A DNA stretch of 63,275 nucleotides, counting the filler, from Choristocarpus tenellus KU-1152 (Eukaryota > Protista > Phaeophyceae): the NCBI GenBank assembly GCA_964200185.2. It is 11 parts of 11 records of this genome, joined end to end, with 100 filler letters (N's around TTAATTAATTAA, not from the genome) between each part and the next. Parts side by side here need not be neighbours in the genome. Positions count along the whole stretch, not along the records: positions 25,910 to 37,453 come from CAXNAD020002265.1; positions 37,554 to 45,831 come from CAXNAD020004901.1; 9 more parts are not named here. One strand, given 5' to 3'. Positions 27,771 through 39,846 of the stretch are shown here, piece by piece (the first letter of the stretch is position 1; every line of letters starts with the position of its first letter). The translations under genes were made by a program, and so were the position numbers. Under the pieces are notes generated by a model, which searched no databases, was not told where the DNA came from, and saw only the letters and a list, made by a program, of their open reading frames with translations.

Positions 27771-29327
27771 CATATACATACTCAATTCCAGTCCATGTTC
27801 AGTGTGTAACTAAATGTGTACCAATGGGAAGCATAGTTGAGGGAGTCAGTCAACAGATGGATGCACCCAGCACACTTGACCAAAAAGATGGAATAGAAAA
27901 ATATGTAAGAGAAGAAAAAAACACCTAAATCGGCTGATTCAGACCCTAAATGCTGAAAAATTGTGTATTTTGTGTGAACAAGTTCGAATGCAAGGGGCTT
28001 CTACTGCTTGGTATATTATTACATATATATATGTATGTAGTATCTTAATGGTAGGAATGTGGTTTGATTAGGGACTGGCTACAATGAGAAATAATAATAA
28101 TAATATAGTACATCATTTGCTGCAAATTGTATGGTTTTATTGAAAAAGAGCTAAGAAACATGATGGTCATCATGATTTGAAATACAAAATTTAAACTAGT
28201 TAGTATACAGAATCATACAGGTACACCAGTGAGATGTGAATGTTGATAGATGTGAACATTGGTAATTGATTGGTGGTACTTTGTTGTACTAATAACAATA
28301 ATAAAAAAGTCTTGTTATAACTACACACACATATATATATACATGTACAGATCATCTGGAGCAGGCCTCTCACTACTCCCTGGAGTAAGAAAGAACCAAC
28401 ATGAATTGAGAGGAGGAACAAGTAAAAGCAGTAACTACCATTTATCATAAATCATTGCCCTCTTTTGGCAACATAGTGTCAACATAAAACGTACCCATCG
28501 CTTCTTTTATATTTTGTCTGCTGTTTGAACAACATTAGGGTTGGGTACCAGTCACTTGATGGTCTGTATTGTCACCCTGATCTATGTAGTATATAGCATG
28601 ACAGTTACAACCAGCAAACTTGTCACGTAGGAAGCAGAATAAAAAAAACTGATAGAAGAAAGTGTTACAACTATTACCCACAGAAAAATGAGCTGAAGTA
28701 CAAAGCATGACTGTATTCGGGAGTTTGTAGTACTGATGCAGGCATTTTTGATCAACAACATGCGTCAAATATATACATCCATATCTTTTTCTCATTTTTT
28801 GTATCTATGGGGGGGGAGGAAGGAGTGATGTTTCCCTTCCATTCTGTATTTTATTTTTTGTACTCAGGAAAAAAAAAAAATCTATCAAATGTGCAAGTCG
28901 GCCAAGTTCCTCCTGCTGCTTCTGACAGCATACTCCTTTCATTATAGGCTGTGTGACAGGGGATGCTGTGTAACAGGGAGGAAGGTCTTTTCCATCACTG
29001 TCTCTACACAGCTCATAGACACGGGAGAGGAGGATAGCCCCCTAAACCCATCCCTAACCTCAAGATCAACTCAAAAAGGCTAAGACACTCTAAATAGCCT
29101 TTAAAAAAACCTTAACACCTACCTTAGAAAGAGATGAAAAAAAAAAACTGTACTACATCAATCAATCAATCAATCGACAAATTAATCAAACACCTATATT
29201 ATCGGCACCACACAACAGCAAAAAAATATATATGAAATTTTGATTAAAAAATAGAAAGAAACAAAGTACGATGCATCCCCTGTCACAGTTCACACACCAT
29301 AGGGGTTGAAGGAGGGGAAAGTAACCG

Positions 29328-30359
29328 TTATCTGATACTTCTGGCCTTGGCATAGCTCAACAAGAACGGCTCATCCAGAACACTAGACAAATATGCCCAC
29401 CCAGCCTCCACCTCCACTTCCTTCCAGCCCTGCTTGGCCTCTGTCCCCAGTATCACTTTGCATTCTCCGTTGGAGAAGGGATGAGTTTCAATCTGATGTA
29501 GCAGAGTGAATCAAGGGATTGTAGGAGGGCAAAAAAAATTGGGGAGTTGGAGGGGAGGGGGAAGGCGGAGGGATCACACAAGGTACAGGAGAGAGGAGAG
29601 TTAAGGCCTTTGACGAGAGCACTTTTCTTGTACAAATGTTATTTCAAGTAGGAGTTGCAGTTACATTAAAGAAAAATCTACAGAAAGGATTACTACTCTA
29701 GTACTCTACTAATTCATACTGCTGTTCACCACACACACAAATATATTTATTTTTTTGCAATACTATCGATTACTTCTAACCATGGACTGAGTTCAAGTCT
29801 AGAAGAACTACCACACTCACTGCAACCCATAACATTCTCAATCATTTTTATTTTTGATTACTGCAAGTTTTTTTTGTAGAGAGAGAAAGAGAGAGAGAGT
29901 TTACAACAAAGGGTTAGGGCTAGACACACAAACAGTTCTTACATCCGTCCCGTGGCACCTGTCACCGCCACGAGACACACCTCTCGCCACGGGACAGGCA
30001 AGTTCTCATTTGTTGACAAACACTTTCTGTCTGCAAAAGATCAGGCAATACCAATTTTTATTTTTTTAATGAGCGTAGAGATTATAGCTACAGTTACCTT
30101 GAGCCTAACCCAAACCCTAACCCTAACCTTAACCCTAACCTTAAGGTTCTTTTTTTTGGCAAACACGGTACACGGTATGCATTGCAGTCCCTGACTCAAA
30201 CTTGGTACTTCCTTTCCCAGTACCGGTCCCACTTTTGTTCCTTGGGTCGCAGGTAAAGAGCCTTAGTTCCTTCGACTGAATGCAAGGTCTACTACAAGCA
30301 GACCTTGGGTGATCTACTTACGTCAAAAAAAAACCCTTCACATGCACCCCTATATTGAT

Positions 30360-30391
<32 letters not shown>

Positions 30392-30767
30392 GTGTGAGTC
30401 ACAACAGTACATTCCGAACAGTTCTCTGCCTTCCCCTATGTTGACTAATGCCATTGCCTTTTGGGTAATGTGTTGGAATAGTAACTAATACCACAGAACA
30501 CTCCGCAGTTTGCTGCCCAGTTTCCCATGGACGACAATTTCAGAGGTAATTTCAGAGGTAATTTCAGAGGTAATTTCAGAGGTAAGGCGGAGCCAATGCA
30601 AGTGCCTTTTCGTTCGTTGAGCTGAAACATGTAAGCAATGCAAGGATTACCAATAGGAACATTCCTGGGTTGTAGACACACCCAAATGTGGAATACTACA
30701 TACAAGCAAGATAAGTCCGTTCTCATCCACACTCTTTTTTTTCTTCACTTAATTATGTAATAAAAAA

Positions 30768-30802
<35 letters not shown>

Positions 30803-32991
30803 TATATACTAATAATTGTAATAATAGTAATAGTTAAATAGATACTGTTTCCCCAATACCTGCGCGTATTTCATGAGTTCAAATCCCTTCCTCGATGTCA
30901 GACATGGATCAGTACAATACCTACTTTACATGGTCCAGACATGCCAGATGGACAATGTTAGACCCAGTCCAGTTGGCAGACATGGACTGGTACAATACCT
31001 ACTGAATATGAACCGGTAAAATACCTAGTGAACATGAATCGGGACACGTCACGTAACTCTGGGACCAAGTGCGGCTGGCGCCTGGGACCGTTTGTATTTG
31101 GTGACATGGTGACATGGTGAAAAACCCTTGTAATTAATTAGTGTCCCGCATTGGGGGGGGGGGGGGGTGACTGTGCAGCACCAGCTGTCACTTGACAATA
31201 AAAAAGGTTCTTTAATTCAATCAGGTGAATTTAAGTAACTGTGGATGCAACACAACGCATTCCTTCACCATCTGGAATGTATACATCCCCTACTCCGGAG
31301 CATGTGATCTTTCAAATAGTGAAGTGAACGTATCAACAGAAATCACATACAGGTGGTATGTATGAGAAATAAAAATAATTGAAACATATACCATAAATAT
31401 CAGTAACAGGATTAATACATACTTACGAGCTAAATTCAGGAGTATATGTGTGCATGTTGAAGGTGCAGGTCATCGGTGACCAGAGCTTCAATGTGCACAC
31501 CCTGAAATAAGCAATTTTTTAGGAAACTGGAAGTGAAGCCAAAATTGGTCTGCATATGTGTCACCTTGTCCTGACATGCCTACCTCTACTTCTCACTAAA
31601 AACTCCCAAATGAGGGGGCTACTACAGCAAGACATGAGTGGGGGAAGGGATTTGCCTCTTTGAAGCCAATGTGCCTGAGCAGGAATGGATGCACTGCCTT
31701 GTAAACTGCCTCCTTCAGCGAAAACCGCAGGAGTACTTCCTCCTCCTCAATCAAACCTTCCACCCCACCAAGCTTAAGACATTCCTGTGAGGTTAGCACC
31801 CTCCTCTGCAATGATGGTCGTCTCCGTACAGTTGGTTGCTCAATGTCCACGCCTGGGTCATGCGCGGTGTCAACCATTGGAGATGGGTGGGTGGGGTGGG
31901 GTGAGAAGGGGATAGGGAGGAGGTTAGAGATCCAAACTGTCACATTTCTTTAAATGACAAGAGTCGGATCGATGCATGGATCATGGGCAGAACTCTGAGG
32001 TACTTGGGGACAGTTTGTGTAGGTGTCTAATGTGTGGGCTCAAGAGAAGGTCCGTGCTACAGGGGTAACATTGCAGAACAGAGGACTTCGGAGGGAGGAA
32101 GTAGAGGTTGCGGCAGTTTAGAGGGTTTGACCGACGTACAAGACCAGGGGGATCTTGCTTATTTACCTAGTCGACCATCGCAACCAGGCTGCACGACCGC
32201 GACGGCGATGTTACTCTTGTGACTGATTGATCCTGCGACCTCAGGAGGCAATAGGGGGGCACCGTTGGTGTCCTTCAGAATTGGTCCGATTTCTCTGCCA
32301 GCATGGTTCAGGGCACGTCGTATGGCCAAGCGTCCTCCAATGAAGCCCAGCTGCGGAGATGGGGAAAGTAATCGACGAAAGACACACAAACGGTTCGGGT
32401 GCCGTCCCGTCGACACTGAAAAGAGGATAAAGATGGGGAACCATGTTGGACACTTCACCAGTAGGTTGGCGTCTTAGGCAGAATCTTTACCTGCGCAGTT
32501 TCAGGCAGGTGTTGACAGAAGGAGATTTCTTCGCGCAAGAGCTCCAATCTCGCAGCATCTACAACCTCCGGAGTGATCGAGGCTGGGAGATGCACCCCGA
32601 CGCATCTGCCAATAGTAAGATGCACGTCCATGACGGTCTCCAGAGGAGAAGGTGGGCACCTTCGACTGCCAAGTTCTCCTTCATCTTTGGGGGACATGCC
32701 ACACAAAACTCCCATCCTCGTGCTCCCTCCATGACAGAGTCTGTATCCTCTACAGTCCCAACATCCGCCACGACCAACCGTCCGTGACAAGCCATGCTTC
32801 ACCGTACCAACCCTACTTGTTCCAATCTCTGTAAAGGGGATCAGGGCCGATATCTCCGTCAGTTTACACGCAAGCATCCCAAATGCCATAGCCCAAGAGG
32901 TATGCCAGTTGCCTCCCACTCCTCCTACAGCGCCACCACGGGCATTCAGTAAGCTGGGGGCAGAGATGGAATTGACACACCTACATAACAT
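29328..32991 (-). CDS. 4'-phosphopantetheinyl transferase (EntD/Sfp-type), complete 4-exon gene: 32991-32491, 32350-32167, 31852-31656, 29492-29328
   Basis: The spliced translation has the family motifs FIGGRLAIRRAL, GAPLLP..GSISHK, LGVDIE and FSLKEAVYKA..P....IGFKE. Exon phases are compatible (0,1,0). Introns 1 and 2 are GT-AG; intron 3 is GC-AG (GAG|GCAAAT). The last exon reads IETHPFSNG...ARSIR*. The start could be the ATG at 32991 or at 32889. Confidence 0.88.
30536..30584. repeat. 12-bp tandem repeat (AATTTCAGAGGT)x4
   Basis: Read directly from the sequence. Confidence 0.9.
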
Positions 32992-33271
32992 TGCTTTGAA
33001 ACAGATACGAGATATGTCTGTACCCTCCCTCTGTCACTCGTCAAAAGTAGTGTTTTGAATCGTAGGGATTGTATTAGATATTTTTTCCAATGGGTTTATG
33101 TATTGTTCATGAGGCTTGATTCCCACACCTCCATTTCTGTGTAAGTAAGAAAAAAGAGTAAGTGAGATTATCACTCAATTATTCATCAAAAACGAAACGT
33201 CAAAAAGGTGTACTACGACTTTGTGCTCGCAGCACGCGGCAATTGACTTTTCTACTACCCACAAAGTTGGC

Positions 33272-34681
33272 ATGGTCCTGACCCAACCCGAGTTCGAGGA
33301 ATGGACTCAGAAATGCCTCATGCCGAGCATATTTATCACAGCAGCCCCCCTTCGGAGGAAAACTACGAGTGGAAATATATCTTCAGGCAGCGAGGACGGA
33401 GATGTCTCAGGGATTGCTCTCAAGTCCCAAACGAACAGTAGTCTTCGCGATTACAGCACCTCCGAGCAGACAATTCGGACAGAGGCCGTTGGGGAATATG
33501 GCGAGAGTTTTACAACTCCATTTGATATGGAATGCGGGACTCGATCTCTGGAAGACTCTTCAGTGATACCCCATAATTTGTTAAACGTTCCTGCACTCGA
33601 CGTCAGACCTCCTGCACCAACATTAAGGCGTGGTTGTGCAGCCAGGGCTGACTTCTTTTTCAGGAACCAACTTCCCTCGAGCTTTAGGCTTAGAGGTAGG
33701 CGCCCAGTGGCTATAAAGAAGCACCCAGGTCCAGTCATCCGCACTACTACTGGACCTCCCCTCCATGTTCTCATTCGGCACAGAGAGGGGCTTCCTGTGG
33801 CCTTCTCGCACCGACTTCGACTTTGTCGACCCTCTGATGACCCGAAGCATGTCCTTCTACCAGAAGAGAGTGGGGGGAAAAAAGAGGTACCTTGCCATAT
33901 CTGTGGTCAGAAGACTATAGAGTTCTTCGTGACTACCAGTGGGCAATTTAGGGAGGCCCCAGCATACCAGAACGAGGTGTTGGTAGCCATCAATGATGTC
34001 ACAGACATTCGTAGCAAAGAGACTCCTGTAAAGGAACGGATGCCCTTAGGAATCAACGATGTAAGCCATGCCAGTGACCAGGTATGGTTGCAAAGGTGGG
34101 TCAATGGAAATAGGAACTATACGATGAATGTTGCAGGAAGAGGATCAACATGTAACAGATGTTGGGGACACTATTCGGAACAGAAACGTTCCGAACGGGG
34201 AGAGGTTGATGCTGGCCTGGGTCGCGCTGGAATACAACAATCACCCAACTCAAATCGAGGTCATTTGTTTAAGGGGGTAACGTTAGCTGTTAGCAAACCT
34301 CTTGCAACTAGGGCTTACAGTCCTAAGGTCCGCCTCTTGATGTGTGGGCAAGGTCAGTTCGCCCAGTCGTCAAAATGTCAACTTGACAGTTCATCAAAAC
34401 CTGGCGAGTCTCAAATGCACGACCCTACACAAACACTAATGCCACAACCACCACTAGCTCTCTCAGGGGGAAGTGTAGAAGGGGGTGGGAAGGATGCATC
34501 ACCTGTGCTCTGCTCACCTTCCTCAGAGGAAGGGAATGAGTTGGATGCGACTCGCTCCACCTCTCAGATTGTTGACACCGACATCGCAACAGTGACAATG
34601 TCGAGAGATGGAGAAATAGGAACGATTCACGTTCGACTGCCTAGGCCTCGCCCAACATCACTCTTGGTTCTTCGTTCGTGA
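33272..34681 (+). CDS. Intronless hypothetical protein (~469 aa from first ATG)
   Basis: The longest ORF in the window (1.4 kb open), with CpG-retaining coding-like composition. It is divergently oriented ~280 bp from the PPTase start and has two CxxC pairs (CHIC, CNRC). No family recognised. Confidence 0.65.
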   Translation: MVLTQPEFEEWTQKCLMPSIFITAAPLRRKTTSGNISSGSEDGDVSGIALKSQTNSSLRDYSTSEQTIRTEAVGEYGESFTTPFDMECGTRSLEDSSVIPHNLLNVPALDVRPPAPTLRRGCAARADFFFRNQLPSSFRLRGRRPVAIKKHPGPVIRTTTGPPLHVLIRHREGLPVAFSHRLRLCRPSDDPKHVLLPEESGGKKEVPCHICGQKTIEFFVTTSGQFREAPAYQNEVLVAINDVTDIRSKETPVKERMPLGINDVSHASDQVWLQRWVNGNRNYTMNVAGRGSTCNRCWGHYSEQKRSERGEVDAGLGRAGIQQSPNSNRGHLFKGVTLAVSKPLATRAYSPKVRLLMCGQGQFAQSSKCQLDSSSKPGESQMHDPTQTLMPQPPLALSGGSVEGGGKDASPVLCSPSSEEGNELDATRSTSQIVDTDIATVTMSRDGEIGTIHVRLPRPRPTSLLVLRS

Positions 34682-37587
34682 TTGATTATCTGCTCCTCAA
34701 ATAGAGATTCAGAGGTTTTTCCAGGTCCACCTCACCTTGATGATCACTCGTCTCTATCCTTCACTGGTGGTATGATATAGAGATGTTTGAAGTAAGCAGA
34801 GAATGCCAAAAAAGAGCTAGGTACCTTTACAAGTAAGCAATACTTAGGGCAAAGTTTTTCTTTTTACAGAGGACACTTGCTATATTTATATGAAATCATT
34901 GTTGAATACCCAGGGGGAGTTAGGTGGTGGACACGAGATCTTGATTAAATTTTGCTATTGATTTTGCCAAGGAGTTTTTGTTGTTCCTTATTATTTTATA
35001 GTGATTTGAACGCGTTTTATTTATTGCTGATGGTACAGGCTAACATCTTCCAGGGGGCATTCCATTGTTGTCTGGGGTGGTTGATGATCATCAGAAATTT
35101 GAGCAAGTATTCTAAGCTTCGGTTTGGCAACAAGTTCCTTGCTCCCAGGAGCCATGGCAGTAACATTGGTCCAAAAAAAAATTGCTACATCATGACTCTC
35201 CTGCTTGCAATGCACGCCTACACGCATATGTATGTATGCACATAATACCCACACATATTAGTAATAAATATATAGATATACACACACTTGGCAATATTTC
35301 TTCTCTGGTCAACTGTCACTTGAAAGGTGTGTAATAACCCACAGTTCATTGAAATATCTATCATTTTTTGTCTTGGTAGTACATACAATGAAGTGTTCTC
35401 ATCCAAGACTCTTATCCCTGCTCAGAACACTGCTCTGCATGTTATTTCTTCTGCCAATCGAAAACCTCGTGAGGGTTAGTATCTGGCAGTGGCAGGCCTG
35501 AATTTGAATAATGTACCAATCGAAACACACGTTGGCACCAGGGTTATTGAGCATTAAGGTTGTCGCCTAATTTGAAGGTAGCAATACGAACCATTGTCGA
35601 GATGCTAAAAATATTCGTCTAAGGATACAAAAATGAGCAATATGAAAATAATCATTCACAAAATCCGCATATGTATAGAATGCAAGATGAGTTCCTCTAT
35701 AAAATGTAGTAAGAAATTATGACGCAGTTCTACTTGTATTGTACTACCTGGCCCATTTTCGATGAGGAATCTGATTATCACTACCTCTCACTCGAACCAA
35801 ATGTCGTGGAAGAAAATTGTGATTGTAAATACGCATGACGTGCCATAGTTGGTAGGTTTTGGGTTAGCAACCCATCGCATGTGGGGACTAGTTCTGATTG
35901 GTACTCTTATGAACATCCAACTTGTTAGATAAAATATTTATAATACGCGGAAAAATGAATTTTGACATACAAAAACATAGTTATAGATATGACATAGATA
36001 TATAGATATACATTGGAGTAGATATAGATACAGATATATATATATATATATTATGCCAGGCTTGACAAGTAACTGCTCTGCCCTCGTTGACTCTATCCTT
36101 CCTTTCGTACGAATCTCCCACAGAGATTCCATGGGTTGGCTGGACTTCACGTAACAGGTCCCTGCAACTACTAAAACTGATTTTATGGTACCCTTTACCC
36201 CTCGATCGTCAAAAAGTGATATCTGTGACATAGTACATACGGTGTTCTATACCGTGGTAGTCTCTCTCTATCAAGCGACGCACGCATACCATTGATGGCT
36301 CACACTCAGTCGCACACCACTACTCTTTTCTCCCAGCTTCATCTCGATTTTTCTACCAGGTTGTCAGTGTTGAAACACTTCCTTCTCTCAATTTCCTATT
36401 CTGGTCACTACTAAGCTCCATCTGGGTCAAGTCAGACTCTGCTTCCTCTAGCTCACTTTAATATTCTTGATCTTCCTTACTGTCATCCTTCATATATCAT
36501 ATACTTCGTATCATATACTTCAAGGACTTGATCATATTAATATAACTGGACCTTTCTCTTTTCCTACGTTGAGTTTAGTTTCCATTCCTTGTATGTATAA
36601 TTTTATTTGTGCATTCATTATTTATGATCGATTTTGTGTGCTACATCTATTTCCTTTCATCATTATATTCTTTCATCCATTTTAAATCTTTGTACGTACT
36701 TCAAATACTTCAAATACTTCAAATACTTCATGTACTGAATTTTTCTTCAGGTTCTTCTATCGCTTCATCTGTGTTCATACCCCTTTGAACCCCATTTACT
36801 CTACGCCTTTGATGCTACACAATACAACCAGAATAGGGCTGCATCTCTTCAACGAGATAATACACTCTCAGTACGAGCATATTTAAAATTACGGTTATGG
36901 ATGCACAAAGTTAGCAAGCCCATCACCAACAAGCAGGCGAGATGATAAGATTACTTTTACAACAAAACCTCCATCCCTGTATGTCCTTTTGATGGTGCAG
37001 CCACCTCACCCTTCGTGTACACACTGTGGTAGACTATTCGGCATGGTGAGCACCTCTCCCATATACGACATACACCAAATACTACCACAATGATATTTAC
37101 CTACCCACATACGACATACCCCAAATACAACCACTATGATAGATAGCTACTAGTCAGCCAAGCGACCCTTAAGAGGGGTACAAACACCAGCATAGTTACG
37201 TACATACTGCGCACCACAGAACACAAAATAAAAAAGAAGCAATGTCTGCCTGCCTATCACATCCTCTGCTTGAGAACACCAAATACATCTTCACCAACAC
37301 TGGTTCTTGTTCTCAAACCACAAGCACACACATGTCCTCAAACCCATTGTGCGGTCCACCCACAACCAAGCCAGGTTGTCAGTTAACAGTGGATTTTTAA
37401 AAATTGAGGATGGAGCGTACTATTGAGGATGGTTTTGACCGAAAATGGTGCGGNNNNNNNNNNNNNNNNNNNNNNNNNNNNNNNNNNNNNNNNNNNNTTA
37501 ATTAATTAANNNNNNNNNNNNNNNNNNNNNNNNNNNNNNNNNNNNNNNNNNNNGGGGCGACAGGATATGAGGGGCGCAGGGGGTGCG

Positions 37588-37770
37588 TCTTGGTTGGTCA
37601 TCAAATGTGGGGGGTGACTAGAAATCAGTGGCGAAGGGGGTTCGCCATGGTTGGTCATCAGAGGTGGGCGTTGACTGAAAATCAGTGGCGAAAGGGGCTG
37701 GCATTGGTTGGTTATCGCAAGGGGGGGGGGATGACGCGAAACCAGTGGCGAAGAGGTCGCAATGGTTGAT
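37588..37770. repeat. Minisatellite, ~57-bp unit x3
   Basis: Repeated tggttggtcatca...gaaatcagtggcgaa. Confidence 0.8.
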
Positions 37771-38140
37771 TACAAGGGGTTATAGAATTGGGGAGGGAAG
37801 GAGGAAAGGGGGGAATGCAAACATAAAATAAAATAAAAATAATCCAGAATTCGTGAGAAAAACAAAACGGTTCCTATTATTATTAGTGTTCCTTTGTGTT
37901 TTTATCTTTGTTCTCATTGTGATTTACCTTAGATTCCTGTTTTGACTGCACAAATGGATTTGGGACTTTGGTGGCACGTGGGTGTAGTAGAAGAATTGTT
38001 TGAAGAAACGTTTTGCTTCGCTAATTGTTCTTAATGCTGCTCTGTGAGTGCCTGTTATTCTTGTTCTCAAATTGTAAGCTGGCACAGCCAGCACCGGGTG
38101 GTTTGACCTTGTGCATCCCTTCAACGCTACTGCCTCTCAG

Positions 38141-38169
38141 TACTGCTACTGCTACTGCTACTGCTACTG

Positions 38170-38205
<36 letters not shown>
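38141..38205. repeat. Compound microsatellite (TACTGC)n(TAC)n
   Basis: Read directly from the sequence. Confidence 0.9.
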
Positions 38206-38920
38206 TACAGCCAATACTGCAATCATTAGTTCATCTGTCTTGTGAGACGAGTGATGATAACGATGTGTAGAAAGTATTGATGATCAATCTGTTTCATAAT
38301 GGGTGTTGGTCGTGGACCTGACTCCTCCTCCTCTCTCATTCCTGCATCACAGCTCTATCAATTGTTTGTCCACCTTATCGCTACTACTATTTCTGTTGAT
38401 GTAAAGAGTCTCCTCTGTGTCTTCCAAGGCTTTGTTGCCCTTTGTGGCAACAAGGCACAGGTAGTGGCATTGCCATCTGCATATTTGGTGGAGGTAAGCT
38501 GAAGGACTTTGACCTGGATTTCCTCAGAGGCCATGGGTGGAGTGTAGATACCCATCCAGGCAAAGCAGTCTCAGCTGTGCCTTGTATTGCCAGTTGAAAA
38601 CCTTTGTGTATGATACACGTTGCCAAGATCTGGTGCTGAATATTTGTAGAGCATACACCGACATATATTATTGAGGGTTCCTGATCGTAATGTGTCATGG
38701 CGTGTACCGACAGAGTAGTCAATGATCTGACTTATCATATCGCCATGCAAAATACTACTATTTGTTGTACGGAACATACTGCAAACGTACATGAAAGCGT
38801 CGCACTATGCAATATGCTTGTAACAGTATATACAAAGTAAGCAGAAAACAGGTTATTGTGACACTTACGATTGGGAGTAAAGCGATCAGGGGGGGCGTGA
38901 TATGACACTCTTACATGGAA

Positions 38921-39167
38921 TGGGGAACCACCGTCTTGGGAAATTATCACTGTTTTCAAACTTTTCACTTCTTCACTCAAAGGTTAGGTTTCTTTTTCAT
39001 ACACAACTCAGAGTTTAGGGTTAGAGTTAGGGTGAGGGCTAGGCTCAAGGTTAGGCTCAAGGTTAGGCTCAAGGTTGGGGCTGGATTAGGGCTAGGTTTT
39101 TGAAAACGAGTGTGAAAAGTGGAAAAAAAAATACAATGTTGGTTCGCCAGGAGGTGGTGGTTCTCCA
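38921..39167. mobile_element. TIR element (family E) carrying degenerate TTAGGG repeats
   Basis: Ends TGGGGAACCACC...GGTGGTTCTCCA around a (TTAGGG/TTAGAG/TCAAGG) array. Homologues lie at 56442-56613 and 57164-57322 (inverted). Confidence 0.72.
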
Positions 39168-39846
39168 ACGCAAGTCAACAATGATCCGATACCTAACATG
39201 GTAAAAAAAGATCGAAGAATAGCAGAGCTCTACTACACTTGACGGGCTCAACATAGATATACCAGTCTATACCCATTTGATAACTCAATAAACCCTAACC
39301 CTAGACGTTCAGAACACACCAAAACCATGGGATCCATAATGCTATTTTGAAAGATGTGTACAGCGCTGTGGTAAGTGTCACAACCTACCTTACTATGATC
39401 CTCCACATGGCATGTCCTGTTTTTAAAAGCTATCCTGCCGATCATTGAACTTGGAAACTCATCTCACTCCCTCGCTCCATTCACACATTCATTCCATGGA
39501 AATTAACAGTCAACCTACCCACTGAATATTGAGTACTCAGAGTAAATCAAGTATATTAATGTAGTGTGTACTAACCGAGGGTTGAGGCGATGATAGTGTG
39601 GAAATACGGAGAAGGAGGCTTGGTCTGTGTATAGTTTTGTTTGGTGATCAATGTGTAGGAATGCAGCCGCACATGGTTTCGTGACCTTGGTTTCTACTTG
39701 TTTTCAATTTTGCGATACAAACCAACAATGTGTATAAATTATTTCCAAGAAAATGTCTAGATTCTGACCGAAACCGTCCTCATTTAGACTTACGTTTTTT
39801 CCCTAAACAACACATATTTTCGACTTCAAATACTCTTGTCCAAAGC

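Noticed and set aside
27073-28640. Possible minus-strand exons of another gene or of the desaturase
   Set aside because: No His-box or cytochrome b5 motifs and no consistent exon chain.
30860-30900. tRNA or SINE B-box (GAGTTCAAATCC)
   Set aside because: No A-box or cloverleaf could be built.
24062-34681. Lipid or polyketide gene cluster (desaturase + PPTase + orphan ORF)
   Set aside because: The desaturase and PPTase are separated by an artificial linker (25810-25909), no desaturase 5' exons were recognised beyond it, and no PKS/FAS/NRPS gene is present.
35923-36230. Solo LTR (TGTTAG...GTGACA)
   Set aside because: No TSD, no second copy and no clear PBS or PPT.
37588-37770. CRISPR-like repeat-spacer array
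   Set aside because: The units are diverged along their whole length with no unique spacers, there are no cas genes, and the context is eukaryotic. This is a minisatellite.
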